From positions 21,563-85,562 of the forward strand of contig JAYRWT010000044.1 in assembly GCA_041917855.1 (NCBI GenBank): a stretch of 64,000 nucleotides of DNA, read 5' to 3'. The notes beneath the pieces were generated by a model. The model had not been told where the DNA came from. It saw only the letters and a list, made by a program, of their open reading frames with translations, and did no database searches. Source of the DNA: Patescibacteria group bacterium. GTDB lineage: Bacteria > Patescibacteriota > UBA1384 > CAILIB01. Position 1 is the first letter of the stretch; every line of letters starts with the position of its first letter. The position numbers and the translations under genes were made by a program. Below, in pieces: positions 26,251 to 36,800 of this stretch.

Positions 26251-26841
26251 GTGCCTAGCTACGCCGATCCCACAATTGTACAGCTCGACGAAAAACCACG
26301 GGTCGCACCTGCAGCCTATATTGTACTTGTGGCTGGTATCCTCTCCGTGCTTGCTGCGCTTGGCTTCATGGTCATGTCTATGATCACGCAAAATAAGGCC
26401 AAGGATCTTCAAACCCAAATCTCAGCCGCTCAAGCTCAACTCAGGGCACTTGAGCCAACTGCAAATGAGCTAACTAAGCTCGATCGTCAGGCAACCAACC
26501 TGCATACTCTCTTCGACAATCAAAAAGAGTGGCAATTTGTGTTCAACCACATTGAAAACAGCCTATATAAAAATATGAAAATTAGCCGCGTCGCACTCGA
26601 CGACAGGGCAAAATTCACCCTTGGAGGTACCACTAAGAGCTACGTAGACTACGCCAAAATCTACCAAAGCCTTACTGATGATGTTGGCAAAACATTCTAC
26701 TCCAGTGTCAGGCCGGCTAGCATAACTCGCATAAATGCCACAGATGGCAGTGTAGATAGCGTGCAGTTCACCTTTGATCTCGTCTTGCAGCCGAGCGTCT
26801 TAAATGCGCGCAAGAACTACGTACCACCGCAAGCAAAATAA
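26251..26841 (+). CDS. Type IV pilus assembly protein, PilN-like (bitopic)
   Basis: GTG start with an AAGGAGGAG Shine-Dalgarno; single TM then a coiled-coil and periplasmic-type domain; sits at the head of the T4P locus. Confidence 0.5.
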   Translation: MPSYADPTIVQLDEKPRVAPAAYIVLVAGILSVLAALGFMVMSMITQNKAKDLQTQISAAQAQLRALEPTANELTKLDRQATNLHTLFDNQKEWQFVFNHIENSLYKNMKISRVALDDRAKFTLGGTTKSYVDYAKIYQSLTDDVGKTFYSSVRPASITRINATDGSVDSVQFTFDLVLQPSVLNARKNYVPPQAK

Positions 26842-26845
26842 AGAT

Positions 26846-27505
26846 ATGGCCGCAGCAAAAAACCCAACTCAGCAAACTGCACTCATCGGCTTTCTTTTAG
26901 TCATCCTAGGCTTTGCGTTGGTCTTTTATATTTTTTCGCCGCAGTTAATTACCGCTCGCACGGAATATGAGACACGACGCGCAGAGCTGCAAGGCTATAA
27001 GAAAGATGTCGAAACCCTGCAAAGTGCCAGCAAAAAGCTAGAAAGCGCTAAGGCTGCGCTCGTTGCGGCAGGTGTTAAGCTTGAGAATTCTTCAATAGTC
27101 GTTCCCAAAACAGAGAATGTTCCAGATCTCTACCTGCAAATGGAAGACCTTGTTGCACGTACTAAGTTTTACGTAAGTGACACTACGTATCTAATTGGTC
27201 AGCCCGCCGGTACAGCAGCAACAGCAGAAGGCGCTACAAAATCTGAGGTGACTATTCCAGTTACAGTTAGTTTTGTCGCGACGTACCCAGCACTCAAGGC
27301 GTTTATTCAAGAAATGCAGGTTAACACTCGTCCACTTAGCATTACGCAGGTCACCATGAATGAAATTGCTAAGACCACCGCTAAGGCAACTGGGCCAAAT
27401 GATGCGCCAACCAAATCGTATCCAGATGGCAGCTTTGCCGTAACACTTACCGCCTTTGCCCGAGCCGAAGCTCTATCTTCTGCATACGGTGGAGGAACTA
27501 ACTAG
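26846..27505 (+). CDS. Type IV pilus assembly protein, PilO-like (bitopic)
   Basis: Start moved to ATG 26846 (MAAAKNP...); single TM plus a coiled coil; position in the locus. Confidence 0.45.
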   Translation: MAAAKNPTQQTALIGFLLVILGFALVFYIFSPQLITARTEYETRRAELQGYKKDVETLQSASKKLESAKAALVAAGVKLENSSIVVPKTENVPDLYLQMEDLVARTKFYVSDTTYLIGQPAGTAATAEGATKSEVTIPVTVSFVATYPALKAFIQEMQVNTRPLSITQVTMNEIAKTTAKATGPNDAPTKSYPDGSFAVTLTAFARAEALSSAYGGGTN

Positions 27506-27509
27506 GCAT

Positions 27510-27833
27510 ATGGCTAAACCAATTTCTGCACAAACAATCTGGTCTATCATGTCGGCACTGGTAGTTGTACTGGTGGGCGGTGGTATGGCCTATATGTTTT
27601 TTGTAACAGCGGCAGTGCCCGAGATTCAGCCCCAGCCAAAGCAATTTGCCACCAATGCCATTACCGAGCTCACACGCGACGCTGATCTAACGGGTTTGGA
27701 AAAATTTTCCTCAAATGTCTTCTTTAAGACTACCAAGATGCGAGCCTTGCCAGTCCCTTACGATGGTAAGCCCGCAGTTCCGTACAACCGTACTACGGAG
27801 TTTGGTAAATCAGATCTGAGTTCAGATAAGTAG
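27510..27833 (+). CDS. Small bitopic membrane protein of the pilus locus (possible PilP-like accessory)
   Basis: Start at ATG 27510 (MAKPISAQ...); one TM helix. Confidence 0.35.
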   Translation: MAKPISAQTIWSIMSALVVVLVGGGMAYMFFVTAAVPEIQPQPKQFATNAITELTRDADLTGLEKFSSNVFFKTTKMRALPVPYDGKPAVPYNRTTEFGKSDLSSDK

Positions 27834-27840
27834 GTCGCAG

Positions 27841-30240
27841 ATGTCAGAGGTAGGGTCAAAACAGACGCTGCCGGTCGTTGCTTTGCAGCAACGTACTATT
27901 GATGATGATGTCTTACGCGTCATTCCTCTTAAAGTCGCAGAGCAATTTAGTATTATTCCTTTTGAGGAAACTGCTACCGAACTCAAGCTAGCCATTGTTT
28001 ACCCAGAACAGCTCAAGCAAGGTTTTTACGTAGCTCTGGAACAAATAGGTACGCGTATAGGTAAAAAAGTTGTACTTTACCGTACTGACCAAGGTGGGTT
28101 TAAAAAGGCGATCGACGGTTACAGGCGTTTAGAGAAAGAGCCAAAAAAGGTGCAGGTGGCGGCTTCTTCCGCTGCTGCGCCTATGCAGGCAGTAGGTTGG
28201 CCACCAGCTCCCGCCCCACCACTCTTTCAGTTGGGTTCACTAGTAGCCTACAACTACTTACGCCGTATTCCGCTCGATGTCTCTCGCGACAAGCGAGTGC
28301 TCTGCGTTGACTACCTCAAGCCAAATACATACTGGTTTGTGACAGATGGCACAAAGGATAAAGAGGCCCACGAACTAGTGAGCTTTATTCGTGATGACGG
28401 CCAAATTACGGCACACGTCATGCAGGTTACTCCTGCGCAGTTTGACGATCTGGTTACCTACTATCAAACGCTTGTTCGCCACGAAGAGCAGGACAATGCC
28501 ATTGTGGTTGCTAATCCTACCGACGTACAGCAGCAGGAGGTGAGTAACGCCAATGTGGTGATTCCAGATATTCAGGCAGAAATTGTCAGCAACGAAGAAG
28601 AAAAAACCGGTCTTGCGGGGCTGTTCCAGCGGGTTGCTCAAAATCTTACTGCCAACAAGAGTGAAAAAGGTAAAAATGAACGGGCAGAAATTGCCGCTGA
28701 ACTTTCTAAGACGCTTCCACAAGCTGAGGCGCCTAGCCGAGCCGGTCAGCCATCTGAGGCCGAAAAGCTCAACCAAGCACCACAGTCTGCGGCAACTCCA
28801 AAGCTGCCTGAGGCACCAAAGAGTTTGCTATCCAATGCCCCTACACCGCCCGGGCTACCCCAAGCGCCACAACCCGCTGCCCCTAAGGCACCAACGCCAA
28901 GTAGCGCTCAGATTGTTGCTGTGCCTACTGAAGAGTCAGATGCGGCAACACGCTCCGCTGCTCTAGAAGAAGACGATCTCGGCACCCAGGTTGATAGCCA
29001 AATTAGCACCCTAGACGAGCTCAAGACCAACCTAAAAACCGGTGTAATTCCTAAGATTGTAGCGGCTGTACTTTCCTTTGCGATTCACGAAAAAGCCTCC
29101 GACGTGCACATTGAATCTTTTGAGGACGAAGTACGTATCCGCTACCGTATTGATGGTCAGCTCGTAGACGTGGTTAAACTACCCGCAGATGTAGCCAGCC
29201 CACTGGTTTCGCGCATTAAGATTTTGGCTCGTCTGCGCCTTGATGAAAACCGAGTGCCACAGGATGGGCGCTTTGACGTAAAGTTCAGCGATGAAACGCA
29301 GGTAGATGTGCGTGTCTCGGTAATGCCAACGGTGTACGGTGAGAAAGTGGTAATGCGTATCCTAGATAAATCGAGGGGAATTGCCTCACTGGAAAAGCTT
29401 GGCATAGAGGGAGGTGCCTACCAAAATCTTACGCGAGCAATTCAAAAACCGTACGGCATCTGTCTGGCTACCGGCCCAACTGGTTCGGGTAAGTCTACTA
29501 GTCTGTACGCCATTTTGCAGCGTATCGCTACTCCAAATGTAAATGTGGTTACCCTAGAAGATCCGATCGAGTACGAAATGAAGGGGATTAACCAGTCGCA
29601 GGTACGACCAAAAATCGGCTTTACTTTTGCCGATGGCCTACGTTCAGTACTGCGTCAGGATCCAAATATCATTATGGTAGGTGAGATTCGTGATGGTGAA
29701 ACAGCCAACATGGCTACCCAGGCTGCGCTAACTGGTCACCTTGTGCTCTCTACGCTCCACACTAACGATGCCGCTGGTGCTATCCCACGCTTAACCAACA
29801 TGGGAATTGAGCCATTCTTAATTACCAGCTCAGTGAATGTAATCATGGGTCAGCGTTTGGTGCGTAAAATTTGTTCCAACTGTCGCCAAGAAGTAGCTCT
29901 GCCCGATGGAGTACGGCATCAGTTAGAAGAAGATATTGAGCAAATTGCAGCACTCTATCCCGCCGAACAATCACGCGTAAAGCGACCAATCAAGTTTTTC
30001 CACGGCATGGGTTGTGGCGAGTGTGGCGGCAAGGGCTACCAAGGTCGTGTAGGTATTTACGAAGTGCTAACCATGGAAGAAAACATGGAGGAACTGGTAA
30101 TTAAGCGATCTTCGGCAACCGATATTGACGCCCAGGCACGTAAAAACGGCATGATCTCCATGTACCAAGATGGGTTGCTTAAAGCCATTAATGGAGTAAC
30201 CACAATTGACGAAGTCTTACGCGAGACAACCAACAAGTGA
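27841..30240 (+). CDS. pilB: Type IV pilus assembly ATPase PilB (GspE family) with long Pro/Ala/Gln-rich insertion
   Basis: Walker A GPTGSGKST, Asp box, His box, tetra-Cys motif (CSNCRQE...CGECGGKG); N-terminal GSPII_E_N-like domain. Confidence 0.9.
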   Translation: MSEVGSKQTLPVVALQQRTIDDDVLRVIPLKVAEQFSIIPFEETATELKLAIVYPEQLKQGFYVALEQIGTRIGKKVVLYRTDQGGFKKAIDGYRRLEKEPKKVQVAASSAAAPMQAVGWPPAPAPPLFQLGSLVAYNYLRRIPLDVSRDKRVLCVDYLKPNTYWFVTDGTKDKEAHELVSFIRDDGQITAHVMQVTPAQFDDLVTYYQTLVRHEEQDNAIVVANPTDVQQQEVSNANVVIPDIQAEIVSNEEEKTGLAGLFQRVAQNLTANKSEKGKNERAEIAAELSKTLPQAEAPSRAGQPSEAEKLNQAPQSAATPKLPEAPKSLLSNAPTPPGLPQAPQPAAPKAPTPSSAQIVAVPTEESDAATRSAALEEDDLGTQVDSQISTLDELKTNLKTGVIPKIVAAVLSFAIHEKASDVHIESFEDEVRIRYRIDGQLVDVVKLPADVASPLVSRIKILARLRLDENRVPQDGRFDVKFSDETQVDVRVSVMPTVYGEKVVMRILDKSRGIASLEKLGIEGGAYQNLTRAIQKPYGICLATGPTGSGKSTSLYAILQRIATPNVNVVTLEDPIEYEMKGINQSQVRPKIGFTFADGLRSVLRQDPNIIMVGEIRDGETANMATQAALTGHLVLSTLHTNDAAGAIPRLTNMGIEPFLITSSVNVIMGQRLVRKICSNCRQEVALPDGVRHQLEEDIEQIAALYPAEQSRVKRPIKFFHGMGCGECGGKGYQGRVGIYEVLTMEENMEELVIKRSSATDIDAQARKNGMISMYQDGLLKAINGVTTIDEVLRETTNK

Positions 30241-30252
30241 TAAAATAACCAT

Positions 30253-31323
30253 ATGGCTCAGAAAACTCTTGGGGCGGAGCTGACCTTCCTCCTCGACTAC
30301 GCAATCGAAAAAGGTGCATCCGATCTGCATATTTTGGCAGACAGCTCGCCTATGATCCGTGTGGATACGGTACTGTTACCGGTGGACAAGCCTGTATACG
30401 ACGCAGACAAAGCTAATGAAGTTATTACAAGCTTAATTGGCGCGCAGCTACTCGAGCGTGTCACCCAAACACGCAAAGAGCTAGACTTTTCCTTCTCATA
30501 TAAGGGTCTGCGCTTCCGCTGTAACGTTTTCTTTAATAAAGGTGTACTCTCAGCCAGCTTGCGCTTGCTTCAGAACGAGGTGCCAGATTTTGACGCGCTC
30601 GGCGTGCCTCAAATTGCCGATAAACTCATTCAGCACAACCAAGGTCTGCTGATTGTGTCTGGCCCCACTGGTCACGGTAAGTCCACCACGCTAGCTTCAA
30701 TGGTTAACCGGATTGCCGCTGCTCGCCGCGCCCACATTATTACGATTGAAGATCCAATTGAGTACGTGTTCCAGCACAAAAAGAGCATTATCTCGCAGCG
30801 CGAGCTTGGCTCAGATACACCATCGTTTGGCTCTGCACTTAGGGCAGCTCTACGCGAAGATCCAGATGTAGTTCTGGTTGGCGAAATGCGTGACCTAGAA
30901 ACTATGGAGGCCGCCCTACAGATTGCAGAGACTGGCCACCTTGTACTAAGTACGCTGCACACTAACTCTGCCGCACAAACGGCTGATCGTATTATTGATG
31001 TTTTTCCGCCGCACCAGCAGCCACAGGTACGTGCACAGCTCTCCTCCGTGCTACTTGGTGTAATATCACAGCGCTTGCTACCTAGAACCAAGGGTGGGCG
31101 CGTGCTCGCTACCGAAGTTATGGTTGCTAACGCAGCCGTTAGGGCAATAGTGCGTGAAGGTAAAACACACCAACTACCTAACCTGATTCAGACCTCGGCA
31201 TCTGAGGGAATGATTTCGCTCGATAAATCCCTGGCAGAGCTAGTAAGTAAGGGGGAAATTTCGATTGATGATGCGATGGCGTGGTCACTCGACCCTAAGG
31301 CTCTCAAAATGCTGGTCTACTAA
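30253..31323 (+). CDS. pilT: Twitching motility retraction ATPase PilT
   Basis: Walker A SGPTGHGKSTT; PilT-like length and motifs (GEMRD, HLVLSTLHTN). Confidence 0.9.
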   Translation: MAQKTLGAELTFLLDYAIEKGASDLHILADSSPMIRVDTVLLPVDKPVYDADKANEVITSLIGAQLLERVTQTRKELDFSFSYKGLRFRCNVFFNKGVLSASLRLLQNEVPDFDALGVPQIADKLIQHNQGLLIVSGPTGHGKSTTLASMVNRIAAARRAHIITIEDPIEYVFQHKKSIISQRELGSDTPSFGSALRAALREDPDVVLVGEMRDLETMEAALQIAETGHLVLSTLHTNSAAQTADRIIDVFPPHQQPQVRAQLSSVLLGVISQRLLPRTKGGRVLATEVMVANAAVRAIVREGKTHQLPNLIQTSASEGMISLDKSLAELVSKGEISIDDAMAWSLDPKALKMLVY

Positions 31324-31457
31324 CGAATTACCAATGCAGCGGATTTCATTGTCACTTACTCCGTTCCTCGTTCACTGCACTGCTAGTGCGCTTCACTACG
31401 GTACTCGACGTTTCTTGAAATCCATCTGTCTGGGTAATTCGTACAACTTCTAACTAG

Positions 31458-32663
31458 ATGTCTCAAAGCTACAGCTACCGCGCGCGGAACAAGGACAACA
31501 AGATAGTCACTGGTGTAGTCCAGGCGAGTGGTCTTGATGCTGCAAAAAAGATTTTGCTCCAGAACGATCTCACGCCACTCTCAATTAGTACGCCAAAGAC
31601 CATTGCTGATTACCTGCCGTTTGTGAGCAAGGTTAAGCTGAAAGACCGTACCATGTTTGCGCGCCAGATCAGCACCATGATCGAGGCTGGTCTCACCCTT
31701 TCACAATCACTGCGTCTGCTCATTCAGCAGATGAAGAAGGGGAAGTTCCGCTTGGTAATTGAGAGTATCTTGAACGACATTCAAGATGGTTTTAGCTTCT
31801 CAACCGCACTTTCCAAGTACCCTGATGTCTTTGATTCGATCTTTGTAAACGTGGTACGCTCCGGTGAAACTACCGGTAAGCTTGAGATTGTCTTGGCACA
31901 GCTAGCTACCAATATGGAAAAAGAGGTGAAGGTGCGTAGCAAAATTAAGAGCGCGCTTATGTACCCGGCTTTTGTAGTGACTGCTATGGCGGCTATGGCG
32001 GCTGTAATGATGGTTAAGGTTATTCCGCAGATTACCAGTGTATTCGCGGATAGCAAAATGGAGCTGCCCTTCTCTACTAAACTGCTCATTGGCATTTCTA
32101 CCTTCATGGCCCACTACTGGGGTTGGTTGATTGTAGGCATAATTGCCTTTGTAGTGTTCATGCGTTGGTTTGCGCGTACCGAGGCCGGCATACAACTGAT
32201 TAGTAAGTACTCACTACGCATTCCTATTGCTGGCAAGATTATCGAGGAAAGTAACATGGCGCGCTTGGGTCGCTTGCTGTCTATGCTACTCGCCTCTGGC
32301 GTACCGCTCTTAGAGGGGTTACGACTCATCACCGAGTCTTTCCCTAACGACCTCTATAAAAAAGGCCTAATGAGTATTGCCGCCCAGGTTGAGCGGGGTG
32401 TGCCAATGAGCGTACCGATTACCGAAAACCCCGTGTTCCCGCTTATGGTTGGCCAAATGGTAGCAGTGGGTGAGCAGACAGGTAAGATGGATGAAATTAT
32501 GGGCAGGCTCGCAGAGTACTACGATGATGAAGTAGATGCCAAAGTAGGAGGCCTATCTACCCTGATTGAACCAATCATCATTGTTATTTTGGGTATTGGT
32601 GTTGCTTGGTTAGTTATTTCCGTTCTACTACCTATTTACCAGATTAGCACCAGCGCCTCCTAG
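31458..32663 (+). CDS. pilC: Type IV pilus inner-membrane platform protein PilC (GspF family)
   Basis: 401 aa, two GspF repeats, 3 TM segments. Confidence 0.9.
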   Translation: MSQSYSYRARNKDNKIVTGVVQASGLDAAKKILLQNDLTPLSISTPKTIADYLPFVSKVKLKDRTMFARQISTMIEAGLTLSQSLRLLIQQMKKGKFRLVIESILNDIQDGFSFSTALSKYPDVFDSIFVNVVRSGETTGKLEIVLAQLATNMEKEVKVRSKIKSALMYPAFVVTAMAAMAAVMMVKVIPQITSVFADSKMELPFSTKLLIGISTFMAHYWGWLIVGIIAFVVFMRWFARTEAGIQLISKYSLRIPIAGKIIEESNMARLGRLLSMLLASGVPLLEGLRLITESFPNDLYKKGLMSIAAQVERGVPMSVPITENPVFPLMVGQMVAVGEQTGKMDEIMGRLAEYYDDEVDAKVGGLSTLIEPIIIVILGIGVAWLVISVLLPIYQISTSAS

Positions 32664-32757
32664 GTTTACCTAGATGGGCAAAGTGTTGACAGGGGTTTTA
32701 GGCAGTACCCATAATAGTAATATCAACTTAGTAATCAAACATAAGTAGGAGGGATCA

Positions 32758-33381
32758 ATGCATACTCGCAAGGGTTTTACGCTCATTGAGCTCCTGGTTG
32801 TTATCACGATCATCGCAATCCTTGCGGTAATCGTATTCACCCAGGTACAAGGTTTAACAGCACGTGCTCGTAACACGACCACACAAACCACGGTTCGTGA
32901 GGCAGGTAACGCAATTAACGTGTTCCGTAACACTGACGGAACAAATGACAGTGTTATTCTTCCTACTCAAGCAGAAGCAGATGGTGGTAATAACTTTTCT
33001 GATGTACGTCTATCTTCAGTAAGTGGTACAGCAGCCTGGGGTCCGTTCACTGGCACACTGAGCGCATCTGGTCAGACAAGTGGTACTTACAGCGCTGCCG
33101 CACAGTTCCAGTACCCAGTCCGTATCACGCGTACTGCGAGCACCAACCACGCTCTTCGTTACGCTGTGTTCAGTACAGGTTCTACACTCTATGCATCAGG
33201 TGGTACGTTCCGTACTCTTCAGACTATCGGTACAAATGCTTGTGTAGTAATTGAGGGTATTTTGGTCAATGATGCTGCTTACCTGTACAGTTTCTACCGC
33301 AATGGAACAGTAGGAACAGGTGGTACGGGTACCGGTTCTGCAACAGGTACTGTTGCTACTGTAAATTGTACAACACCTTAG
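32758..33381 (+). CDS. Type IV pilin (probable major pilin) with class III prepilin signal
   Basis: MHTRKG|FTLIELLVVITIIAILA, a prepilin cleavage/methylation motif with Glu at +5; a strong terminator follows. Confidence 0.85.
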   Translation: MHTRKGFTLIELLVVITIIAILAVIVFTQVQGLTARARNTTTQTTVREAGNAINVFRNTDGTNDSVILPTQAEADGGNNFSDVRLSSVSGTAAWGPFTGTLSASGQTSGTYSAAAQFQYPVRITRTASTNHALRYAVFSTGSTLYASGGTFRTLQTIGTNACVVIEGILVNDAAYLYSFYRNGTVGTGGTGTGSATGTVATVNCTTP

Positions 33382-33397
33382 CTCTTCCTAAAGCTGC

Positions 33398-33430
33398 AAA
33401 AGACCCGGATCATGGATCTGGGTCTTTTTG
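33398..33430 (+). terminator. Rho-independent terminator after the major pilin gene
   Basis: AAAAGACCCGGATC-atg-GATCTGGGTCTTTTTG. Confidence 0.7.
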
Positions 33431-33459
33431 TGTCTGAGTGTAGGATATATAATTAAGAC

Positions 33460-34053
33460 ATGCAAAAGAAACAGGGCTTTACACTTATTGAGTTGCTGGT
33501 TGTTATCACGATTATTGCTATTCTGTCTGTAATAGTTTTCCTAACAGTCACAGGTCTTACAAGGCGAGCAAGGAATTCATCTCTTTCGGCAACCGTGCGT
33601 GAGGCTGGAAACGGTATAAGTGTTTTTAGAAATGCAGAGGGGAACGCTAATAATGTGATTACGTTTGGTATTTCAGAGAATCCAAACTTTTCTACTATTA
33701 ATGGGGTAGCTTCCTGGGGCCCATTTACTGGGACTACGCTTGCTACCGCTAACACCTCTGGTACTTTTGATCCTCCAACAGAGCTCCAGTATCCAACCGC
33801 AATAAATAGAGTGCCTACTAGCCAGCATGCTCTGCACTATCGCATACTAGCGCCAGATGATACTGACTATACACTTTCTGCAACCCAAAATCGTCAGATG
33901 TTCTCATTAGGAGAGAGTAATATATCTGCTTGTGTGATGGTTCTCGGTGAACTTGTGGATGATACTGGTGGTGACATTACTATGTTTTACCGTAACGGCA
34001 CGGTTTCAGGTACGGCCACTGTATATAGCGCAATTACTTGTTCCAACCCATAA
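33460..34053 (+). CDS. Type IV pilin paralog
   Basis: MQKKQG|FTLIELLVVITIIAIL prepilin motif. Confidence 0.8.
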   Translation: MQKKQGFTLIELLVVITIIAILSVIVFLTVTGLTRRARNSSLSATVREAGNGISVFRNAEGNANNVITFGISENPNFSTINGVASWGPFTGTTLATANTSGTFDPPTELQYPTAINRVPTSQHALHYRILAPDDTDYTLSATQNRQMFSLGESNISACVMVLGELVDDTGGDITMFYRNGTVSGTATVYSAITCSNP

Positions 34054-34514
34054 TGAGCCGCCGCACCGCTTTCACTCTGGTTGAGCTTCTAATAACAGTA
34101 ACAATCATCGCAATCCTTACAGGCATTGCTGCTGTTTCTTATTCCAGTATTCAGCTGCGCGCTCGCGATGCTCAGCGCAAAAATGATTTAGCACAGATAA
34201 AACTCGCGCTATCAAACTACTTTACGGGGCAAACTCCTACCGTTTACCCAGCCGCAGCCACGGCCATAACGCTTAATAATAGCAACGACGCACTCACTTC
34301 TGCTCTAAAGCCAAACTTTATTAAAGATGTGCCACTTGATCCGGTTAATTCTGGTAGTAATGTGTACAAGTATATTTCGCAGAATGGCCCTACCGGCTTA
34401 GCAAACCGCTCGTTTACCCTTTACGCAACCTTGGAAAATAAAGAAGACAAAAAGGGCTGGGCAGGTGGCAGTGCTTGGGCTGCTGATGGCTATAGGGTTA
34501 CCCCAGACTTTTAA
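34053..34514 (+). CDS. Type IV pilin-like protein (PilE-like)
   Basis: Start at ATG 34053, overlapping the upstream stop as TAATG; MSRRTA|FTLVELLITVTIIAIL prepilin motif. Confidence 0.7.
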   Translation: MSRRTAFTLVELLITVTIIAILTGIAAVSYSSIQLRARDAQRKNDLAQIKLALSNYFTGQTPTVYPAAATAITLNNSNDALTSALKPNFIKDVPLDPVNSGSNVYKYISQNGPTGLANRSFTLYATLENKEDKKGWAGGSAWAADGYRVTPDF

Positions 34515-34516
34515 CC

Positions 34517-35152
34517 ATGCGCGGCGTAAAGGCATTCACTCTGATTGAGCTTTTGACGGTGGTCACAATTATTAGCATTCTTGCAACAGTGGTATACGGA
34601 GTGGCGCAGGGCGCTCGTAGCAGGGCGTTGAATACTGCCCAAAAAAAGCTGGTGCAAGAAATGGGCAAAGCAGTGTCGGTTTTTCAGGTCTCAGACGAAC
34701 TTGAGCGGGTAATAGTTATTAGTGATACAGACTATACCTGTCCGTATACGATTGCCATACTCCGTCTACCATACTTTCGTGCTAACCAGTGTCAGAGCGC
34801 ACCACTTCCAACTACTTTCGGGCCGTTTACCGGAGAATTACAAACTGCTCCGATCAGTTTGGCATATCCCGATGTTGGAGAATTTACTTACCCCGTTCGT
34901 GTTACAGCCCCTGTATCACCTACTCACAGGTTGACCTATCTTGTGTTTGAAGATACTACACTGGTAAGTAAATCACCAGATGCGTATAGACGTCTGTACA
35001 ACCTAGGTAATGATCCCGCAAGGCGTTGCGTGACAATTTCCGGAGCGCTTAGGGGTGAAACTGATGGGTCTCGTGCGTTTTTTTGGAGAAATGGACAAGT
35101 TGCAAGTACAACAGAGAGTGACATAAATATTACTTGCACCAACCCTCTCTAG
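34517..35152 (+). CDS. Type IV pilin paralog
   Basis: MRGVKA|FTLIELLTVVTIISILA prepilin motif. Confidence 0.75.
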   Translation: MRGVKAFTLIELLTVVTIISILATVVYGVAQGARSRALNTAQKKLVQEMGKAVSVFQVSDELERVIVISDTDYTCPYTIAILRLPYFRANQCQSAPLPTTFGPFTGELQTAPISLAYPDVGEFTYPVRVTAPVSPTHRLTYLVFEDTTLVSKSPDAYRRLYNLGNDPARRCVTISGALRGETDGSRAFFWRNGQVASTTESDINITCTNPL

Positions 35153-35157
35153 CTAGT

Positions 35158-36039
35158 TTACTGGGCGTCTAGTGACTTTCTGTAGGCCTCTTGATCGAGG
35201 GTAGTAAAGCTTATCCTGCCGGTATCGCTATCCAAAATAAGCTTGCGGTAAATAGGCGACGGTGGCACCGCTTTAATATACTTTGCCGTTACAAGTTCTT
35301 GTAAATCTGTTGGGTAGCGCCCAACTTTTTGTTTAAATGCCGCAGCCTGAATCTCCAGAGCATAGACAATCTGCATGTGCTCAAGCCACGCCTCTGAGCG
35401 AGCTTTCTCAGCCTCGTTCTTTGCATTAGCAATCACGGTCTCCCAAAAATTGATGGCAATTAAGCGGTCGTTAATGTCTTCTCTGGTTTGTGAGTAGGCA
35501 ATAGCCGCCAGTTGCTTGGACGCCTCTGGTGCACCTTCTTGTTTGCTGGCGCGGTCGTAGTACTCCGCGGCTTTTTTATAATTCTTAAGGTTAATATGGT
35601 AGTTACTAGCCATGTAAAAGCTGATCATGCCATCATTGTTGATGTACTTTTCGCTCTTTAGGCCAAGCTGTTCTGCTTCTTCAGCCTTATTCATAAACGG
35701 CAGTACGAGCAAGCCAAACTCATAGGCATAGGCAAACTTTGGGTCAAGATCGGTAACTCGCTGTACGTAGCCAGGAATAGCCTGGTAGGTAGCAAAAGCA
35801 CTAGCTGTACCAAAGTACTGAATTAGGCGCACCCACAGTAAATCTGCAGCCAAAGCATTGTTGCCAAGGCTAAGGGCGCGTAGGGCATCTGCCTCTGGGA
35901 TTAGCACCTTTTCGTTATCTAGGGCAGCGTTACGGATGTTCTTGCGGTACTGCTTACTGGCGCTGTCCCAGAGTGCTTGGCTGCTAACGCTGCCTACAAT
36001 AAAAACTAGCGTAATAAGCCAGGCAACTGATCGCTTCAT
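35158..36039 (-). CDS. Secreted TPR-like helical repeat protein
   Basis: Signal peptide; Ala/Tyr-rich helical repeats; no catalytic motifs. Confidence 0.45.
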   Translation of the reverse strand: MKRSVAWLITLVFIVGSVSSQALWDSASKQYRKNIRNAALDNEKVLIPEADALRALSLGNNALAADLLWVRLIQYFGTASAFATYQAIPGYVQRVTDLDPKFAYAYEFGLLVLPFMNKAEEAEQLGLKSEKYINNDGMISFYMASNYHINLKNYKKAAEYYDRASKQEGAPEASKQLAAIAYSQTREDINDRLIAINFWETVIANAKNEAEKARSEAWLEHMQIVYALEIQAAAFKQKVGRYPTDLQELVTAKYIKAVPPSPIYRKLILDSDTGRISFTTLDQEAYRKSLDAQ

Positions 36040-36800
36040 AGCTCCTGCTTATGCATTACGCGGCTAGCTAAAAACAGAGAAAGAGAGGTAAAGACTATCC
36101 AGTAAAAAATGGCCCACGCGTAGGCGTTAAAGGGTACGCTTATGCTGTAGAGGGTGGCATCGCGGAGATTAAACTTTTCTAGGTTGGGCAGCAGGTAGTA
36201 CACACCATTGGTAAGATAGGTAAGTGCATTGCTGTCCAGTTTATCTACAAAATTCTTAATACTCGTTTGTCCATTGCCAATCACAAACAGCGCCAGGGTG
36301 TAGAGGGCTGCATTAAGTGGGGCAGTAAATGAAGCAAAGAGCAGCGCAACGGCCAACAGCAGCGAAATCTCTAAAAAGCTAAAGAGTACATTAATGCCCA
36401 CTGCCGGTAGAATACTTGGGCTGAGTAAGCCTGCGCCAATTGCAAATAAGCCACCCAAAATGCCCAGTGTGGTTAGGGTAAGCAGCACAAAGCCAAGGTA
36501 CTTACCCAGAATGTACTGGGTACGGCTGATTGGCTTAGGGAACAAAAAGTAGAGGGCTCGGCGCTCAAAGTCACGGTGCACGCTGTTAGTGGCTACAAAT
36601 ACGCATATAAACAGCGTCATAAAGTGAATGGCGGCTACGCCAGAGTTCTGCATAATTCTCGCGTTCTGATCTAGCGAGATGGTAGCTAAAAAGAAGCTTA
36701 CCGCGGTAAATAGGGCGGCAATAACCAAGATGCCGTAGAGCAGGCGCTCACGGATAATCTCTTTGTAGTTGGTAATGGCGATAATCCAGATAGTTTTCAT
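36036..36800 (-). CDS. ABC-2 type transporter permease
   Basis: 254 aa, 6 TM helices, overlaps the ATPase gene by 4 nt. Confidence 0.7.
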   Translation of the reverse strand: MKTIWIIAITNYKEIIRERLLYGILVIAALFTAVSFFLATISLDQNARIMQNSGVAAIHFMTLFICVFVATNSVHRDFERRALYFLFPKPISRTQYILGKYLGFVLLTLTTLGILGGLFAIGAGLLSPSILPAVGINVLFSFLEISLLLAVALLFASFTAPLNAALYTLALFVIGNGQTSIKNFVDKLDSNALTYLTNGVYYLLPNLEKFNLRDATLYSISVPFNAYAWAIFYWIVFTSLSLFLASRVMHKQEL

